A program made the translations under genes and the position numbers. The notes under the pieces are model-generated. The model searched no databases and had not been told where the DNA came from. It worked only from the letters and a program-made list of their open reading frames with translations. Positions 47,122 through 56,629 of a stretch of 60,545 bases of DNA are shown piece by piece. The stretch is from Planctomycetaceae bacterium. Lineage in GTDB: Bacteria; Planctomycetota; Planctomycetia; Pirellulales; UBA1268. The stretch is taken from positions 1-60,545 of the forward strand of contig JBEIQP010000002.1 in the NCBI GenBank assembly GCA_040376455.1, read 5' to 3'. Each line of letters opens with the position of its first letter. The first letter of the stretch is position 1.

Positions 47122-48365
47122 GGAATCCGATGGACAGAACCGATCGGCAGCACGACTTCTCCGCCGGCATCCAGCCGGATGATCCCCGCTTGAGTGAATG
47201 GATCGACGGTCGGCTGCCGGCCGCCGAGGCGGCGGAGGTGGAGCGGCTCGTCGGCGCGTCGGCCGCACTGTCGCGGGTCGTGGCGGACCTGCGAGTCATG
47301 AAGGCCGCGCTGGCGGCGATGCCCAGGGCGCCGGTGCCGGCGGATTTCGCGCGCGGCGTCATGGGGGCGATCGCCGCCGCCCCGCCCCCCCAGGCCGGTG
47401 CGGGTGCCGCCGCCGAGGATGCCGTCGTCGAGGCGGAATGGCAGCGGATCGAGCGGGAGCGGATCGCGGAAGAGATCGCCGAGGCCCGCGAGGATGCCGA
47501 TGACGTGACCGCTCCCCCGTCCCGTCCCCGCTGGCCGTGGATCACGCTGGCCGCCGCGCTGGCCGCCGGCATGCTTGTGGCGGTCGTGCTGAACAATCCG
47601 GCGGCCATTCGCGATCGAGAGGTCGCGGTGCGGGACGCGGCCGAAATGTCCGACACGCCCGCGCGGGCGGATCGCGGGAGCGACCCGGCACCGAAAGGAT
47701 CGGCTCCGGCTCCGGCCCTGCCGGCCGCCGAGGCCTTGCACCAAGCGGCAGGCGAATTTCGCGAACGTGAAAATGCCGATTCGTGGCTGCCTGAGGAACG
47801 AGCGGTCGAAAGCAGAAGCGTCGCCAGCACAAGCGTTGCCGACGAGGCCCGTTCGGAGGACGTCGTGGCCGAGCCCGCCGCGGCAAAGGTCACCGAAGAC
47901 GCATCCAGCCGCGTGGCTGCAGACAAAGCGAACGTGGCCGCGAGACGCTCGCAGCCGCCAGCCGACGCTGCCGCCGCCGAACCGGACGTCGTGACCGTGA
48001 CGGTGCGGGGTGCCGAGGGACGCGCGGAGGTGGCACAGCTCCTGGCGGCCAGCGGCGTGCGGATCGAGTCGGATGCCGAGGCGTTGCGGACGCTCCCTTC
48101 CGGCCCGGAAGCGACCCCCACGGAGGTCGTCGTCAGCGGATCGCCGGAGGCGATCGAAGAGTTGCTTGCGATGCTGGTCGATCCGGATCTCAAGCGGCAG
48201 GCCCTGAACCGGAAGCGAGCCCCGGCAGCCGCCGCCCAGCCCCTGGAAGGAGGCGAGGCGGCCGGTGGCCAGACCGGACCGCGCCGGCTCGTGATCCGGC
48301 TCGTGGAGGCGGCCACCGCAACCGACGCCGCGGCCGGGGAAGGCCCTGCCGGGAGCGAGCCGTGA
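47118..48365 (+). CDS. anti-sigma factor (single-pass membrane protein, no HxxxCxxC zinc motif), Ala/Glu/Pro-rich extracytoplasmic part
   Basis: ATGA overlap with the sigma gene. The N-terminal anti-sigma-like helix region is LSEWIDGRLPAAEAAEVERLVGASAALSRVVADLRVMKAAL. The TM segment is WPWITLAAALAAGMLVAVVL (~47527-47595). Confidence 0.7.
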   Translation: MRNPMDRTDRQHDFSAGIQPDDPRLSEWIDGRLPAAEAAEVERLVGASAALSRVVADLRVMKAALAAMPRAPVPADFARGVMGAIAAAPPPQAGAGAAAEDAVVEAEWQRIERERIAEEIAEAREDADDVTAPPSRPRWPWITLAAALAAGMLVAVVLNNPAAIRDREVAVRDAAEMSDTPARADRGSDPAPKGSAPAPALPAAEALHQAAGEFRERENADSWLPEERAVESRSVASTSVADEARSEDVVAEPAAAKVTEDASSRVAADKANVAARRSQPPADAAAAEPDVVTVTVRGAEGRAEVAQLLAASGVRIESDAEALRTLPSGPEATPTEVVVSGSPEAIEELLAMLVDPDLKRQALNRKRAPAAAAQPLEGGEAAGGQTGPRRLVIRLVEAATATDAAAGEGPAGSEP

Positions 48366-48661
48366 CCGGTACCGAGCGGCCGGATGAAGGCAAACAGCCA
48401 CCTCCCCGGGAGTTGCCTCCTGACGCGGTGACTGTCCGCTGTCGGGAGCATGGCCCGTTGGTCGTGGAGATGCCGACGGCTCCCGAGTTTGAGCGGTTGT
48501 CGCTTCGGGTCACCGATCACCTGGGCCGGGTCTTTCCGTTGCCGGCCGGGAAGCGGGCCGTGGCCCTCTGCCGGTGCGGCCATTCGCAGAACCGGCCGTT
48601 TTGCGACGGTTCGCACAAAACCTGCGGTTTTACCGCCGCAGATCCGGCACCGCCCTCGTAG
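48362..48661 (+). CDS. CDGSH iron-sulfur domain protein (single CDGSH motif)
   Basis: CRCGHSQNRPFCDGSH (48569-48616) fits the consensus C-x-C-x2-S-x3-P-x-C-D-G-S-H. GTGA overlap with the anti-sigma stop. Confidence 0.8.
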   Translation: MTGTERPDEGKQPPPRELPPDAVTVRCREHGPLVVEMPTAPEFERLSLRVTDHLGRVFPLPAGKRAVALCRCGHSQNRPFCDGSHKTCGFTAADPAPPS

Positions 48662-48889
48662 CCGGCAGGTCTGCCGGTGGGCTGAGGGGCCGCCGCGGCC
48701 GATTGTTCTGCCTGCGGAGAGTGTTCCGTGGATGGAAAGTGTTCCCTGAAAGACACTTACGTCATGCCACGGAGCCAAAAAAGCCCCGCCGCCGGGCCTG
48801 AACGATATGGACTGGCCGGAAAAACCCCTGTAGGGTTGTTCGTCTCGCCTCGCAAAAGCTCCCCCTGACGAAACGCCCCGGACGGCCTG

Positions 48890-51421
48890 ATGTCGCACCA
48901 CGGACCCAACCTCTACCAGCGGTATAGCGTCGGGATCATGGCGGTCCTGGTCTTTCTGCTGCCGCTCGTGGTGGTCGGGGCAATCAAGGCCAAGGGCAAC
49001 AACCGCAACGACGTGAAGGGCTGGCTGCCCCTCGAGTACCCCGAAACCCAGACCTACCGGTTTTTCCGCCGGAATTTCGCGGGGGAGGAGTTCGTCCTGG
49101 TCAGTTGGGACGGTTGCACGATGAGCGACCGCCGGCTGGAGCTTCTGGCCCAAAAGTTGATCCCGCCCCCGGAAGAGGCCTCCCGGATCGAGCGGCCGCT
49201 CTACTTCAAGACCGCCCAGACGGGCCCCCGGGCCGTCGAACGGATGACCGCGGAGCCGCTCAACCTCGACCGCGAGGAGGCGATTTCCCGGCTGACCGGG
49301 GCCCTGATCGGCCCGCCCCCCAAGGGCGTCGCGGCCGGTTCCCCCGAAGACGTGCTGGACCAGCGGCAGACGTGCCTGGTCCTGACCCTCGCCGACGCGG
49401 CCCGGGCCAACCTGCACGGCGCCATCGACATGATCAAGGAGGTGGCCGACAGGGAGTGCGGGATCCCCGAATCCACCTTCCATATGGGTGGCCCCCCGGT
49501 GGACAACGTCTCCATCGACAAGGCCGGCCAGACGAGCGTCACGATCCTCTTCGGCCTGTCGCTCGTGGTCGGCTTCTTCGTCAGCTGGTGGAGCCTCAAG
49601 AGCAAGACCCTCGTGGCGATGGTGATCGCCTCCGGCGTCTACAGTATGTTCGCCAGCCTCGCCGTCGTCTGGTACTCCGGGTATCCGGTCGATGCGATCC
49701 TGCTCACGATGCCGTCGCTGGTCTACGTGGCGACCACCTCGGGCGCGATTCACCTCGCCAACTACTACCGCGACCAGCTCGCGGAGACGGGCATTCAGGA
49801 GGGGGCCGCCGGCCGCGCCGTGCATCACGCCCTGCTGCCCTTGTCGCTCGCCACCGGCACGACGGCCGTGGGCCTCGCGACGCTGGCCGTCAGCGAACTG
49901 GTGCCGATCCGGATGTTCGGCATCTTCTCCGCCGCGGGCGTCGTGGTCAGCTTCCTGATCCTTGTGACCTTCATGCCGGCGGCGCTCGAGCTCTTCCCGC
50001 CCCGGCTCAAGCTCGGCCAGTCCGAGGAGGAAGGGAGCCCGACGTGGCGGCCGATCGAGGCCAGCCCCTGGTGGAAGGTCGGCCAGTGGATCACGCGGCA
50101 CAACGGTCTCGTGACCGCCGCCTGCCTGCTCGTGATGGCCGGGGTGGCCTACGGCATGACGCACGTGGAGAGCAGCGTGCAACTGATGCGGCTCTTCTCG
50201 CCCAAGGCCCGGATCCGCGAGGACTACAAGTGGCTGGAAAAGCACCTCGGCCCGCTCGTGCCGATGGAGATCCTGGTCCGGATCGACGCCGACGACTGCA
50301 AGCTCAACTTTTTGGAGCGGATGGAACTGGTCGGCGAGATCCAGCGGGAGATCGGCGGCCTCGACGAAGTGGGCAGCTCGCTCTCGACCGTCACGTTCGG
50401 CCGCAACCTCGAGTCGGGTGACGGCGGCGAAGGCGTCAGCGGGGTGGCCGCCCGGGCCATCGGCGTCAACGCGCGGCTGAAGCGGAGCGTGCTGAACCGG
50501 CGGCTCGTCGCCCACCGGCAGGACTTCCTCGACGGCGATTACCTCCGCGAGGCGAAGGTGACGCTCGACGGCCGGGAGCACACCCAGGAACTCTGGCGGA
50601 TCAGCGCCCGGGTCAGCGCCGTCAAGGAGGTTGACTACGCCCTCTTCAAGGCGGACCTGCAGAAGAAGATCAACCCGATCCTCGCCCGGCTCGACGAGGA
50701 GGGGGTGCAGGGAGTCACGGTCGATTACACGGGGCTCGTGCCGCTGGTCTACAAGGCGCAGCACTCGCTGCTCGACGGCCTCCAGATCGGGTTCATCTGG
50801 GACTTCGCCATCATCGTGGCGGTGATGATCCTGCTCTGCCGGGCCGCGTCGGCCGGGCTCGTGCTCCTCCTGCCGGCGGCCTTCCCGGCCCTGATGGTCT
50901 TCGGCGGCATGGGCTGGGGCAACGCGATCCTGAAGTCGCTCGACGCCGGCAACCTTCTGATCGACATCGGCACGGTGATGGCGCCGAGCGTGGCCCTGGG
51001 CGTGACCGTGGACGACGTCGTCCACTTCATGCTCTGGTTCCGCCGCGGCATCGCCGACGGCCTCGACCGCAAGCAGGCCACGATGCTCGCCTACAAGGGC
51101 TGCGCCCGCGCCATGTATCAGAGCTGGGGCGTGATCGGCATCGGCCTCTCCGTCTTCTCGCTTTCGCCGTTCGGGCCGACGCAGCGGTTTGGCTACATGA
51201 TGCTCGCGATGCTCACGATCGCCCTGGTGGGCAACCTCGTGTTCATGCCCGCGTTGTTGTCGGGGCCGCTGGGCGCCGTGTTCAGTTGGAGCGTGTTGCG
51301 GCTCGAGCGCAAGAAGGCCCTCCGCGAGGGCCGCCAGCGGGTGAAGACCGACCCGGGCAGCGATTCCCTGCCGCCGCCGCACGTCGCTCCCGGATCGGTG
51401 AAGCAGGTCGTCCATGCCTGA
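48890..51421 (+). CDS. RND-superfamily / MMPL-type transporter (HpnN-like architecture)
   Basis: 843 aa. The topology looks like two blocks of one TM, a large loop, then ~5 TM. Typical RND-like segments are present (…VVWYSGYPVDAILLTMPSLVYVATTSGAIHLANYY…, …TVDDVVHFMLWF…). Confidence 0.75.
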   Translation: MSHHGPNLYQRYSVGIMAVLVFLLPLVVVGAIKAKGNNRNDVKGWLPLEYPETQTYRFFRRNFAGEEFVLVSWDGCTMSDRRLELLAQKLIPPPEEASRIERPLYFKTAQTGPRAVERMTAEPLNLDREEAISRLTGALIGPPPKGVAAGSPEDVLDQRQTCLVLTLADAARANLHGAIDMIKEVADRECGIPESTFHMGGPPVDNVSIDKAGQTSVTILFGLSLVVGFFVSWWSLKSKTLVAMVIASGVYSMFASLAVVWYSGYPVDAILLTMPSLVYVATTSGAIHLANYYRDQLAETGIQEGAAGRAVHHALLPLSLATGTTAVGLATLAVSELVPIRMFGIFSAAGVVVSFLILVTFMPAALELFPPRLKLGQSEEEGSPTWRPIEASPWWKVGQWITRHNGLVTAACLLVMAGVAYGMTHVESSVQLMRLFSPKARIREDYKWLEKHLGPLVPMEILVRIDADDCKLNFLERMELVGEIQREIGGLDEVGSSLSTVTFGRNLESGDGGEGVSGVAARAIGVNARLKRSVLNRRLVAHRQDFLDGDYLREAKVTLDGREHTQELWRISARVSAVKEVDYALFKADLQKKINPILARLDEEGVQGVTVDYTGLVPLVYKAQHSLLDGLQIGFIWDFAIIVAVMILLCRAASAGLVLLLPAAFPALMVFGGMGWGNAILKSLDAGNLLIDIGTVMAPSVALGVTVDDVVHFMLWFRRGIADGLDRKQATMLAYKGCARAMYQSWGVIGIGLSVFSLSPFGPTQRFGYMMLAMLTIALVGNLVFMPALLSGPLGAVFSWSVLRLERKKALREGRQRVKTDPGSDSLPPPHVAPGSVKQVVHA

Positions 51422-52646
51422 CAGTGAACCGGCCGGCGATCGATCGACCGGCCTGCCGACGGCGACGGTGATCCTCAAGCCGAAGCGGGCCCGGCCCTCT
51501 TTCGGGAGGCATCCCTGGGTGCTCGACTCGGCGGTGCAACGGGTCGAAGGCACGCCGACTGACGGCGGCGTCGTCGATCTCGCCACGCACGACGGGAAGT
51601 TCGTGGGCCGGGGCCTCTGGAACGCGTCGAGCCGGCTGCGGGTTCGGCTCTACACCTTCGATCCGGGCGTGAAGCTCGACGCGGCGCTCTGGCGGAGCCG
51701 GCTGGAGACGGCCGTGGGGCTCAGGCGGGCGCTGGGGCTCGACGACCGCGCCGGCGCCGCCCGGCTCGTCAACAGCGAAGGCGACGACCTCTCCGGGCTG
51801 ATCGTCGATCGCTACGGGGATTTTCTCGCCGTCCAGGTGACGGCGCTGGCGATGGCCCAACGGCTCGACACGGTGTGCGATGTGCTCGAGGAGCTGGAGC
51901 GGCCCAGGGGCATCCTCCTCCGGGGTGCGGAGCGGGGGCTCTCCAAGCTGGAGGGACTGCAGTTGCCCGACCGGCTCATGCGCGGAGCGGCGCCGCCGGG
52001 CCCCATCTTCGTCGCGGAGCACGGGCTGAAGTTCGGCGTCGATCTCACCGAGGGGCAGAAGACCGGCTATTACCTCGATCAGCGCGACAACCGCCAGGCC
52101 GCGGCCCGCTATGCGAAGTCGCGCCGCGTGCTCGACATGTTCTGTTACGCGGGCGGATTCAGCGTGGCCTGCGCCGTCTCGGGCGGGGCCCGGAGCGTGT
52201 TGGCCGTCGACTCGAGCGCCAAGGCGACGGCGCTCGCCAAGGCCAACGCCGATCTCAACGGCGCCGCGAACGTCGCCGTCGAGACGGCGGACGCCTTCGA
52301 GAAGCTCGACGCCCTGAAGGGGGCGGGAGAGCGGTTCGGGATGGTCGTCCTCGATCCCCCGAAATTCGCCCGCAGCCGCGCCTCGCTCGACGACGCCCTG
52401 CGGGCCTACCATCGCATCAACCGCGTGGCGGTCGATCTGCTGGAGCCGGGTGGTTTCCTCACCACCTGCTCCTGCTCGGGGTCGGTGTCGAGGGACGACT
52501 TCCTGCAGATGCTCGCCGGCGTCGCGCAGCGGTCGGGCCGACCGATCCAGATCCTCGAATGCCGGGGCGCGGCCGCCGACCATCCCGTCAGCGCCAGCTG
52601 CCTGGAAGGCGAATACCTCAAGTGCGTGATCGCCCGGGTGGCCTGA
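51414..52646 (+). CDS. rlmI: class I SAM-dependent rRNA (cytosine-C5) methyltransferase, RlmI-like (PUA + MTase)
   Basis: …HPWVLDSAV…DGKFVGRGLWNASSRLRVRLYT…VNSEGDDLSGLIVDRYGDFL…QKTGYYLDQRDNR…VLDMFCYAGGFSV…VVLDPPKFA…. It overlaps the transporter gene by 8 nt. Confidence 0.8.
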   Translation: MPDSEPAGDRSTGLPTATVILKPKRARPSFGRHPWVLDSAVQRVEGTPTDGGVVDLATHDGKFVGRGLWNASSRLRVRLYTFDPGVKLDAALWRSRLETAVGLRRALGLDDRAGAARLVNSEGDDLSGLIVDRYGDFLAVQVTALAMAQRLDTVCDVLEELERPRGILLRGAERGLSKLEGLQLPDRLMRGAAPPGPIFVAEHGLKFGVDLTEGQKTGYYLDQRDNRQAAARYAKSRRVLDMFCYAGGFSVACAVSGGARSVLAVDSSAKATALAKANADLNGAANVAVETADAFEKLDALKGAGERFGMVVLDPPKFARSRASLDDALRAYHRINRVAVDLLEPGGFLTTCSCSGSVSRDDFLQMLAGVAQRSGRPIQILECRGAAADHPVSASCLEGEYLKCVIARVA

Positions 52647-52670
52647 CGGCCCGGCCGCGCCGCCGCTCCG

Positions 52671-52946
52671 CTACAGCCGCCGCAGCCGCGTGAACTCGTC
52701 CATGGTCACGGTCGTGAGCTCGCCGTCGTCCCGCGCGAGGATCAGCACGTCGCTGTAGACCTTGTCGTCCGGGTTGCGACGGAAGTGCAGGCCATGACGC
52801 CGCCGCTCCCGACGCAACACCTTGCCGACGGTGGTCGTGCTCCACTTGGCGCTCGAGCCAACGGTGACACCGTGCACCACCTCCACCCGGTCTCCCGGCT
52901 GAAGCTGTTCGTAGAGGCCGCGGGCCTCGTATTCCTCTGGCGTCAT
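52671..52946 (-). CDS. hypothetical 91-aa protein translationally coupled to ilvC
   Basis: [91 protein letters not shown]. Its ATG shares one base with the ilvC TGA (TGATG on the minus strand at 52944-52948). I recognise no family. Confidence 0.55.
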   Translation of the reverse strand: MTPEEYEARGLYEQLQPGDRVEVVHGVTVGSSAKWSTTTVGKVLRRERRRHGLHFRRNPDDKVYSDVLILARDDGELTTVTMDEFTRLRRL

Positions 52947-53950
52947 CAGACTTCCTTCGACTCGATCCACTTCATCATCTTGCGGAGCTGGCGGCCGGTC
53001 TCGGTGAGCTTGTGCTCCCGCTCGCGGCGCCGCGTGCTCTTGAACATCGCCGCGCCGGCCCGGTTCTCCAGGATCCAGTCGCGGGCGAACTCGCCCGAGC
53101 GGATCTCCTCGAGGATCTTCCGCATCTCCTGGCGGGTCTCCTCGGTGATGATCCGCTTGCCGCGGGTGTAGTCGCCGTATTCGGCGGTGTTCGACACGCT
53201 GTATCGCATGTACTCGAGACCGCCCTGATACAGCAGGTCCACGATCAGCTTCATCTCGTGGAGGCACTCGAAGTAGGCCATCTCCGGCTGGTAGCCCGCC
53301 TCGACGAGCGTGTCGAAGCCGGCCTTGATCAGTTCCGAGACGCCGCCGCAGAGCACGGCCTGCTCGCCGAAGAGGTCGGTTTCCGTCTCCTCCGCGATCG
53401 TGGTCTCGATCACGCCACCCCGGGTGCCGCCAATGCCCTTGGCGTAGGCCAGGCCGATCTTCTTCGTCTCGGCGGAGGCGTTCGGCCCCAGCGCGATCAG
53501 GCAGGGCACGCCGCCCCCCTTCACGTATTCGCTGCGGACGAGGTGGCCCGGGCCCTTGGGGGCCACGAGCATGATGTCGTGGCCGGCCGGCGGCTCCACC
53601 TGGCCGAAGTGGAAATTGAAGCCGTGGCTCGCCATCAGGATGGCGCCCTTCTTGAGGTTGGGCTTGATCGACGTCCGGTAGACATCCCCCTGGAGTTCGT
53701 CCGGGAGGAGAATGTTGACCACGTCCGCCTGCTTCACTGCGTCTTCGACGGACAGGGGCTCGAAGCCGTGGCTCTTCGCCAGGTCGTAGTTCGGTCCACC
53801 CGGCCGCTGGGCCACCACGACCTTCAGCCCGCTGTCGCGGAGGTTCTGTGCCTGAGCGTGGCCTTGGCTGCCGTAGCCGATGATGGCGATGGTCTTGCCA
53901 GCGAGGGCCTTGAGGTCGGCGTCGGCGTCGTAATAGATCGTGGCGGGCAC
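52946..53950 (-). CDS. ilvC: ketol-acid reductoisomerase (class I)
   Basis: [21 protein letters not shown]…GFNFHF…VAPKGPGH…R…GGVPCLIA…[17 protein letters not shown]…. Confidence 0.95.
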   Translation of the reverse strand: MPATIYYDADADLKALAGKTIAIIGYGSQGHAQAQNLRDSGLKVVVAQRPGGPNYDLAKSHGFEPLSVEDAVKQADVVNILLPDELQGDVYRTSIKPNLKKGAILMASHGFNFHFGQVEPPAGHDIMLVAPKGPGHLVRSEYVKGGGVPCLIALGPNASAETKKIGLAYAKGIGGTRGGVIETTIAEETETDLFGEQAVLCGGVSELIKAGFDTLVEAGYQPEMAYFECLHEMKLIVDLLYQGGLEYMRYSVSNTAEYGDYTRGKRIITEETRQEMRKILEEIRSGEFARDWILENRAGAAMFKSTRRREREHKLTETGRQLRKMMKWIESKEV

Positions 53951-53997
53951 AGGAAACTCCGAGGGAGGGAAAAAGGAACGGGACGAATGAAAGGGTG

Positions 53998-54555
53998 TCA
54001 GGCGAGCGATTCGCGGGCCGGGGACGAGTCGGCGGGCCGGGCCCCGTCGGCCGCTTCGGTGAGCTCGCGGGTGGCCGGGCTCCCCCGGACCATGGCGATC
54101 CGGCCCGTGCGGACGAGTTCGAGGATGCCGCGCGGCCGCATCAGTTCGATGAACCCCTCGAGCTTCTTCTCGGTGCCGGAAATCTCCACGATCACGCTGT
54201 CGGCGGCCACGTCGACGATCCGGCCGCGGAAAATCTCGGCCAGCTCCTTGACCTCCGTCCGCGCGGGGCCGGCGGTCGCCGCCACCTTGAGGAGCATCAA
54301 GTCGCGCTCGACGTAGTTGCGGGAGCTGATGTCGTCCACCCGGACCACCGTGACGATCTTCTCCAACTGGCGGCGGACCTGGTCGAGCACCCGGTCATCG
54401 CCCCGGAGCACGAAGGTCATCCGGGAAAAACCCGGGTCTTCGGTCTCCCCCACCGCGAGGCTGTCGATGTTGTAGCCCCGGGAGGCGAGCATGCCGGACA
54501 CGTGCGCGAGCACCCCCGGGACGTTTTGGACCGTGGCCGAGAGGACGTGTCGCAT
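53998..54555 (-). CDS. ilvN: acetolactate synthase small (regulatory) subunit
   Basis: [49 protein letters not shown]… (ACT domain) …[10 protein letters not shown]. Confidence 0.92.
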   Translation of the reverse strand: MRHVLSATVQNVPGVLAHVSGMLASRGYNIDSLAVGETEDPGFSRMTFVLRGDDRVLDQVRRQLEKIVTVVRVDDISSRNYVERDLMLLKVAATAGPARTEVKELAEIFRGRIVDVAADSVIVEISGTEKKLEGFIELMRPRGILELVRTGRIAMVRGSPATRELTEAADGARPADSSPARESLA

Positions 54556-54709
54556 GGTGGATGGGGCCGTGGGGGGTGCGGGAAAAGCCCGAAAAAACTC
54601 GCCGGACGGAGTCTAATTTGGGCAAAGCCGCGGATTCAAGCCTCCGCCACGCCGCCGCGGCCGGCGGGGGCTTCGGAACCCCGCGGCGCCCGGGGGTCCC
54701 AGGGAAGCG

Positions 54710-54739
54710 TTGACATGGGGCCAAAAAAGCCGATAGTTT
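54710..54739 (+). promoter_or_regulatory. sigma70-like promoter candidate for rpsB-tsf
   Basis: TTGACA (54710-54715), 18-nt A-rich spacer, TAGTTT (54734-54739). It lies ~65 nt upstream of the rpsB GTG. Confidence 0.4.
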
Positions 54740-54802
54740 GCGAAGCTCCGAATTCGGTATTTGGTCTGACCTCCCCTTCCCCCCCTCCGTGAGTGTGAGA
54801 GC

Positions 54803-55612
54803 GTGTCGAACGTCCTGGCCCAAGAATTGATTGAAGCAGGTGTGCATTTCGGCCACCGCGCGAGCCGCTGGAACCCGAAGATGCGGCCCTACATCCACGG
54901 CCGCCGCAACCTCATCCACATCATCGACGTCCGCGAGACGATCCGCGGGCTCCTGCGGGCCAGGAAGTATCTCAAGCAGGTCGCCTCCACCAACAGCCTC
55001 GTGCTGTTCGTGGGCACGAAGCGGCAGGGCGCCGAGGCCGTGGCCCGTGAGGCCGCCCGCTGCGGCATGCCCTACGTCAGCGACCGCTGGCTCGGCGGCA
55101 CGCTCACCAACTTCCGCACGATTCGCAACCGGCTGGCCCGCCTCGAGGAACTCGAGGTGCTGATTCCGTCCGAGGCGTTCGGCAACTATTCGAAGAAGAT
55201 GCAGTCGTCGCTGCGGCGCGAGCACCGGAAGATGCTCCGCAATCTCGGCGGCATTCGCACCCTGTCGCGGCTGCCGGAGTGCCTCGTCGTGTTCGATCCC
55301 AAGAAGGAGAAGAACGCGGTCAACGAGGCCCGCAAGATGGGCATCTCGACGGTGGCCCTGATCGACACCGACTGCGATCCCGACCTGGTCGATCTGCCGA
55401 TCCCCGGCAACGACGATTCGATCCGCTCGATCGAACTCGTGGCCGCCCGGCTGGCGGATGCGATCCTCGAGGGGAAGTCCGAGACCGCCACCGAGTCGCA
55501 GGTCGCCGCGGAAGGCGCCGAGGGAGCGGCCGGGGGGCAGGAAGGCGGCAAGCCGAAGCCCAAGGCGCGGCCGATGGTCGCCAAGCGTTCGGTTCCGAAG
55601 CCGAAGGCCTGA
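54803..55612 (+). CDS. rpsB: 30S ribosomal protein S2
   Basis: [35 protein letters not shown]…FVGTKRQ…[10 protein letters not shown]…; GTG start; basic/acidic C-terminal tail. Confidence 0.95.
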   Translation: MSNVLAQELIEAGVHFGHRASRWNPKMRPYIHGRRNLIHIIDVRETIRGLLRARKYLKQVASTNSLVLFVGTKRQGAEAVAREAARCGMPYVSDRWLGGTLTNFRTIRNRLARLEELEVLIPSEAFGNYSKKMQSSLRREHRKMLRNLGGIRTLSRLPECLVVFDPKKEKNAVNEARKMGISTVALIDTDCDPDLVDLPIPGNDDSIRSIELVAARLADAILEGKSETATESQVAAEGAEGAAGGQEGGKPKPKARPMVAKRSVPKPKA

Positions 55613-55709
55613 CACGGGCCGCGGGGCTTGTGCGTTGGTCGCCGGCGGCGGGCCTGCTTGTTGGCGCTGGTTCCCGCCGGTCGAATCGATTTATTCCAGG
55701 AGATGAAGC

Positions 55710-56552
55710 ATGGCTGAGATCACCGCGGCGGCCGTCATGGCCCTCAGAGAAAAAACCGGACTGCCGATGATGGAGTGCAAGAAGGCGCTCCACGAATGCG
55801 GCGGCAACACCGACCAGGCGGTCGAGTGGCTGCGGAAGCAGGGCATCAAGACCCAGTCGATGCGGGCCGACCGCGAGACCTCCTGCGGTCGCCTCGCCGT
55901 CTACGCCGACCCCGCCAAGGGTGTGGGCACGATCATCGAGTTCAAGTGCGAGAGCCCGCCGGTGGCCGGCAGCCAGGACTTCAAGGACCTCGCCAACGAC
56001 ATCGCCAAGACGCTCGCCCTCGGGCCGGGTGCCGCCAACGCAGCCGACCTCCTCGCCCAGAAGAGCCTCTCGCACCCCGATCGCACGCTCGGCGAGCTCA
56101 AGGACGACCTGTTCAACCGCATGCGGGAGGTGTTCGAACTCTCGCGGATCAAGCGGATCGACGGCGCCTGTGGCGGCTACGCGCACCACGACGGGTCGAA
56201 GGCCGCGATCGTGGAGATCGGCGGCAACGTGACCGCGGCGAACGCCGCCGAGGTGGCGAAAGACATCGCGATGCACGTCGTGGCGCTGGCGCCGCAGGCC
56301 ATCCGCAAGGAGGACCTCGACCCGGCGGCGGTGGAGAAGGAGCGCGAGATCCTCACCGAAGCGGCCCGCAAGGAGGGCAAGCCGGAGAACATCATCGCGA
56401 AGATGATCGAGGGCCGGTTGCGCAACTTCTTCAGCCAGTGTGTGCTCCTGGAGCAGCCGTTCGTGAAGGACGACAAGCAGACCGTCGGTCAGCTGGCGAA
56501 GTCGGCGGGCCTCGAGATCAAGCAGGTCGAGAACTGGAAGCTCGGCGGTTGA
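55710..56552 (+). CDS. tsf: translation elongation factor Ts
   Basis: MAEITAAAVMALREKTGLPMMECKKALHECGGNTDQAVEWLRKQG… and …EKEREILTEAARKEGKPENIIAKMIEGRLRNFF…LLEQPFVKD. AGGAG lies 8 nt upstream of the ATG. Confidence 0.95.
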   Translation: MAEITAAAVMALREKTGLPMMECKKALHECGGNTDQAVEWLRKQGIKTQSMRADRETSCGRLAVYADPAKGVGTIIEFKCESPPVAGSQDFKDLANDIAKTLALGPGAANAADLLAQKSLSHPDRTLGELKDDLFNRMREVFELSRIKRIDGACGGYAHHDGSKAAIVEIGGNVTAANAAEVAKDIAMHVVALAPQAIRKEDLDPAAVEKEREILTEAARKEGKPENIIAKMIEGRLRNFFSQCVLLEQPFVKDDKQTVGQLAKSAGLEIKQVENWKLGG

Positions 56553-56629
56553 GCCGCCGCAGGCCCTCGGCCGCCGCGGCGCGGCGGACCTGCGACCGCT
56601 GACCGCGGGGCACCGACGTGGAGGTGCCG

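Noticed and set aside
46727-51586. 1,619-aa minus-strand ORF spanning the sigma/anti-sigma/CDGSH/transporter region.
   Set aside because: It is antisense to four well-supported + strand genes and has no recognisable motifs. It is aligned codon-for-codon with the transporter frame, so it is a GC3 artefact.
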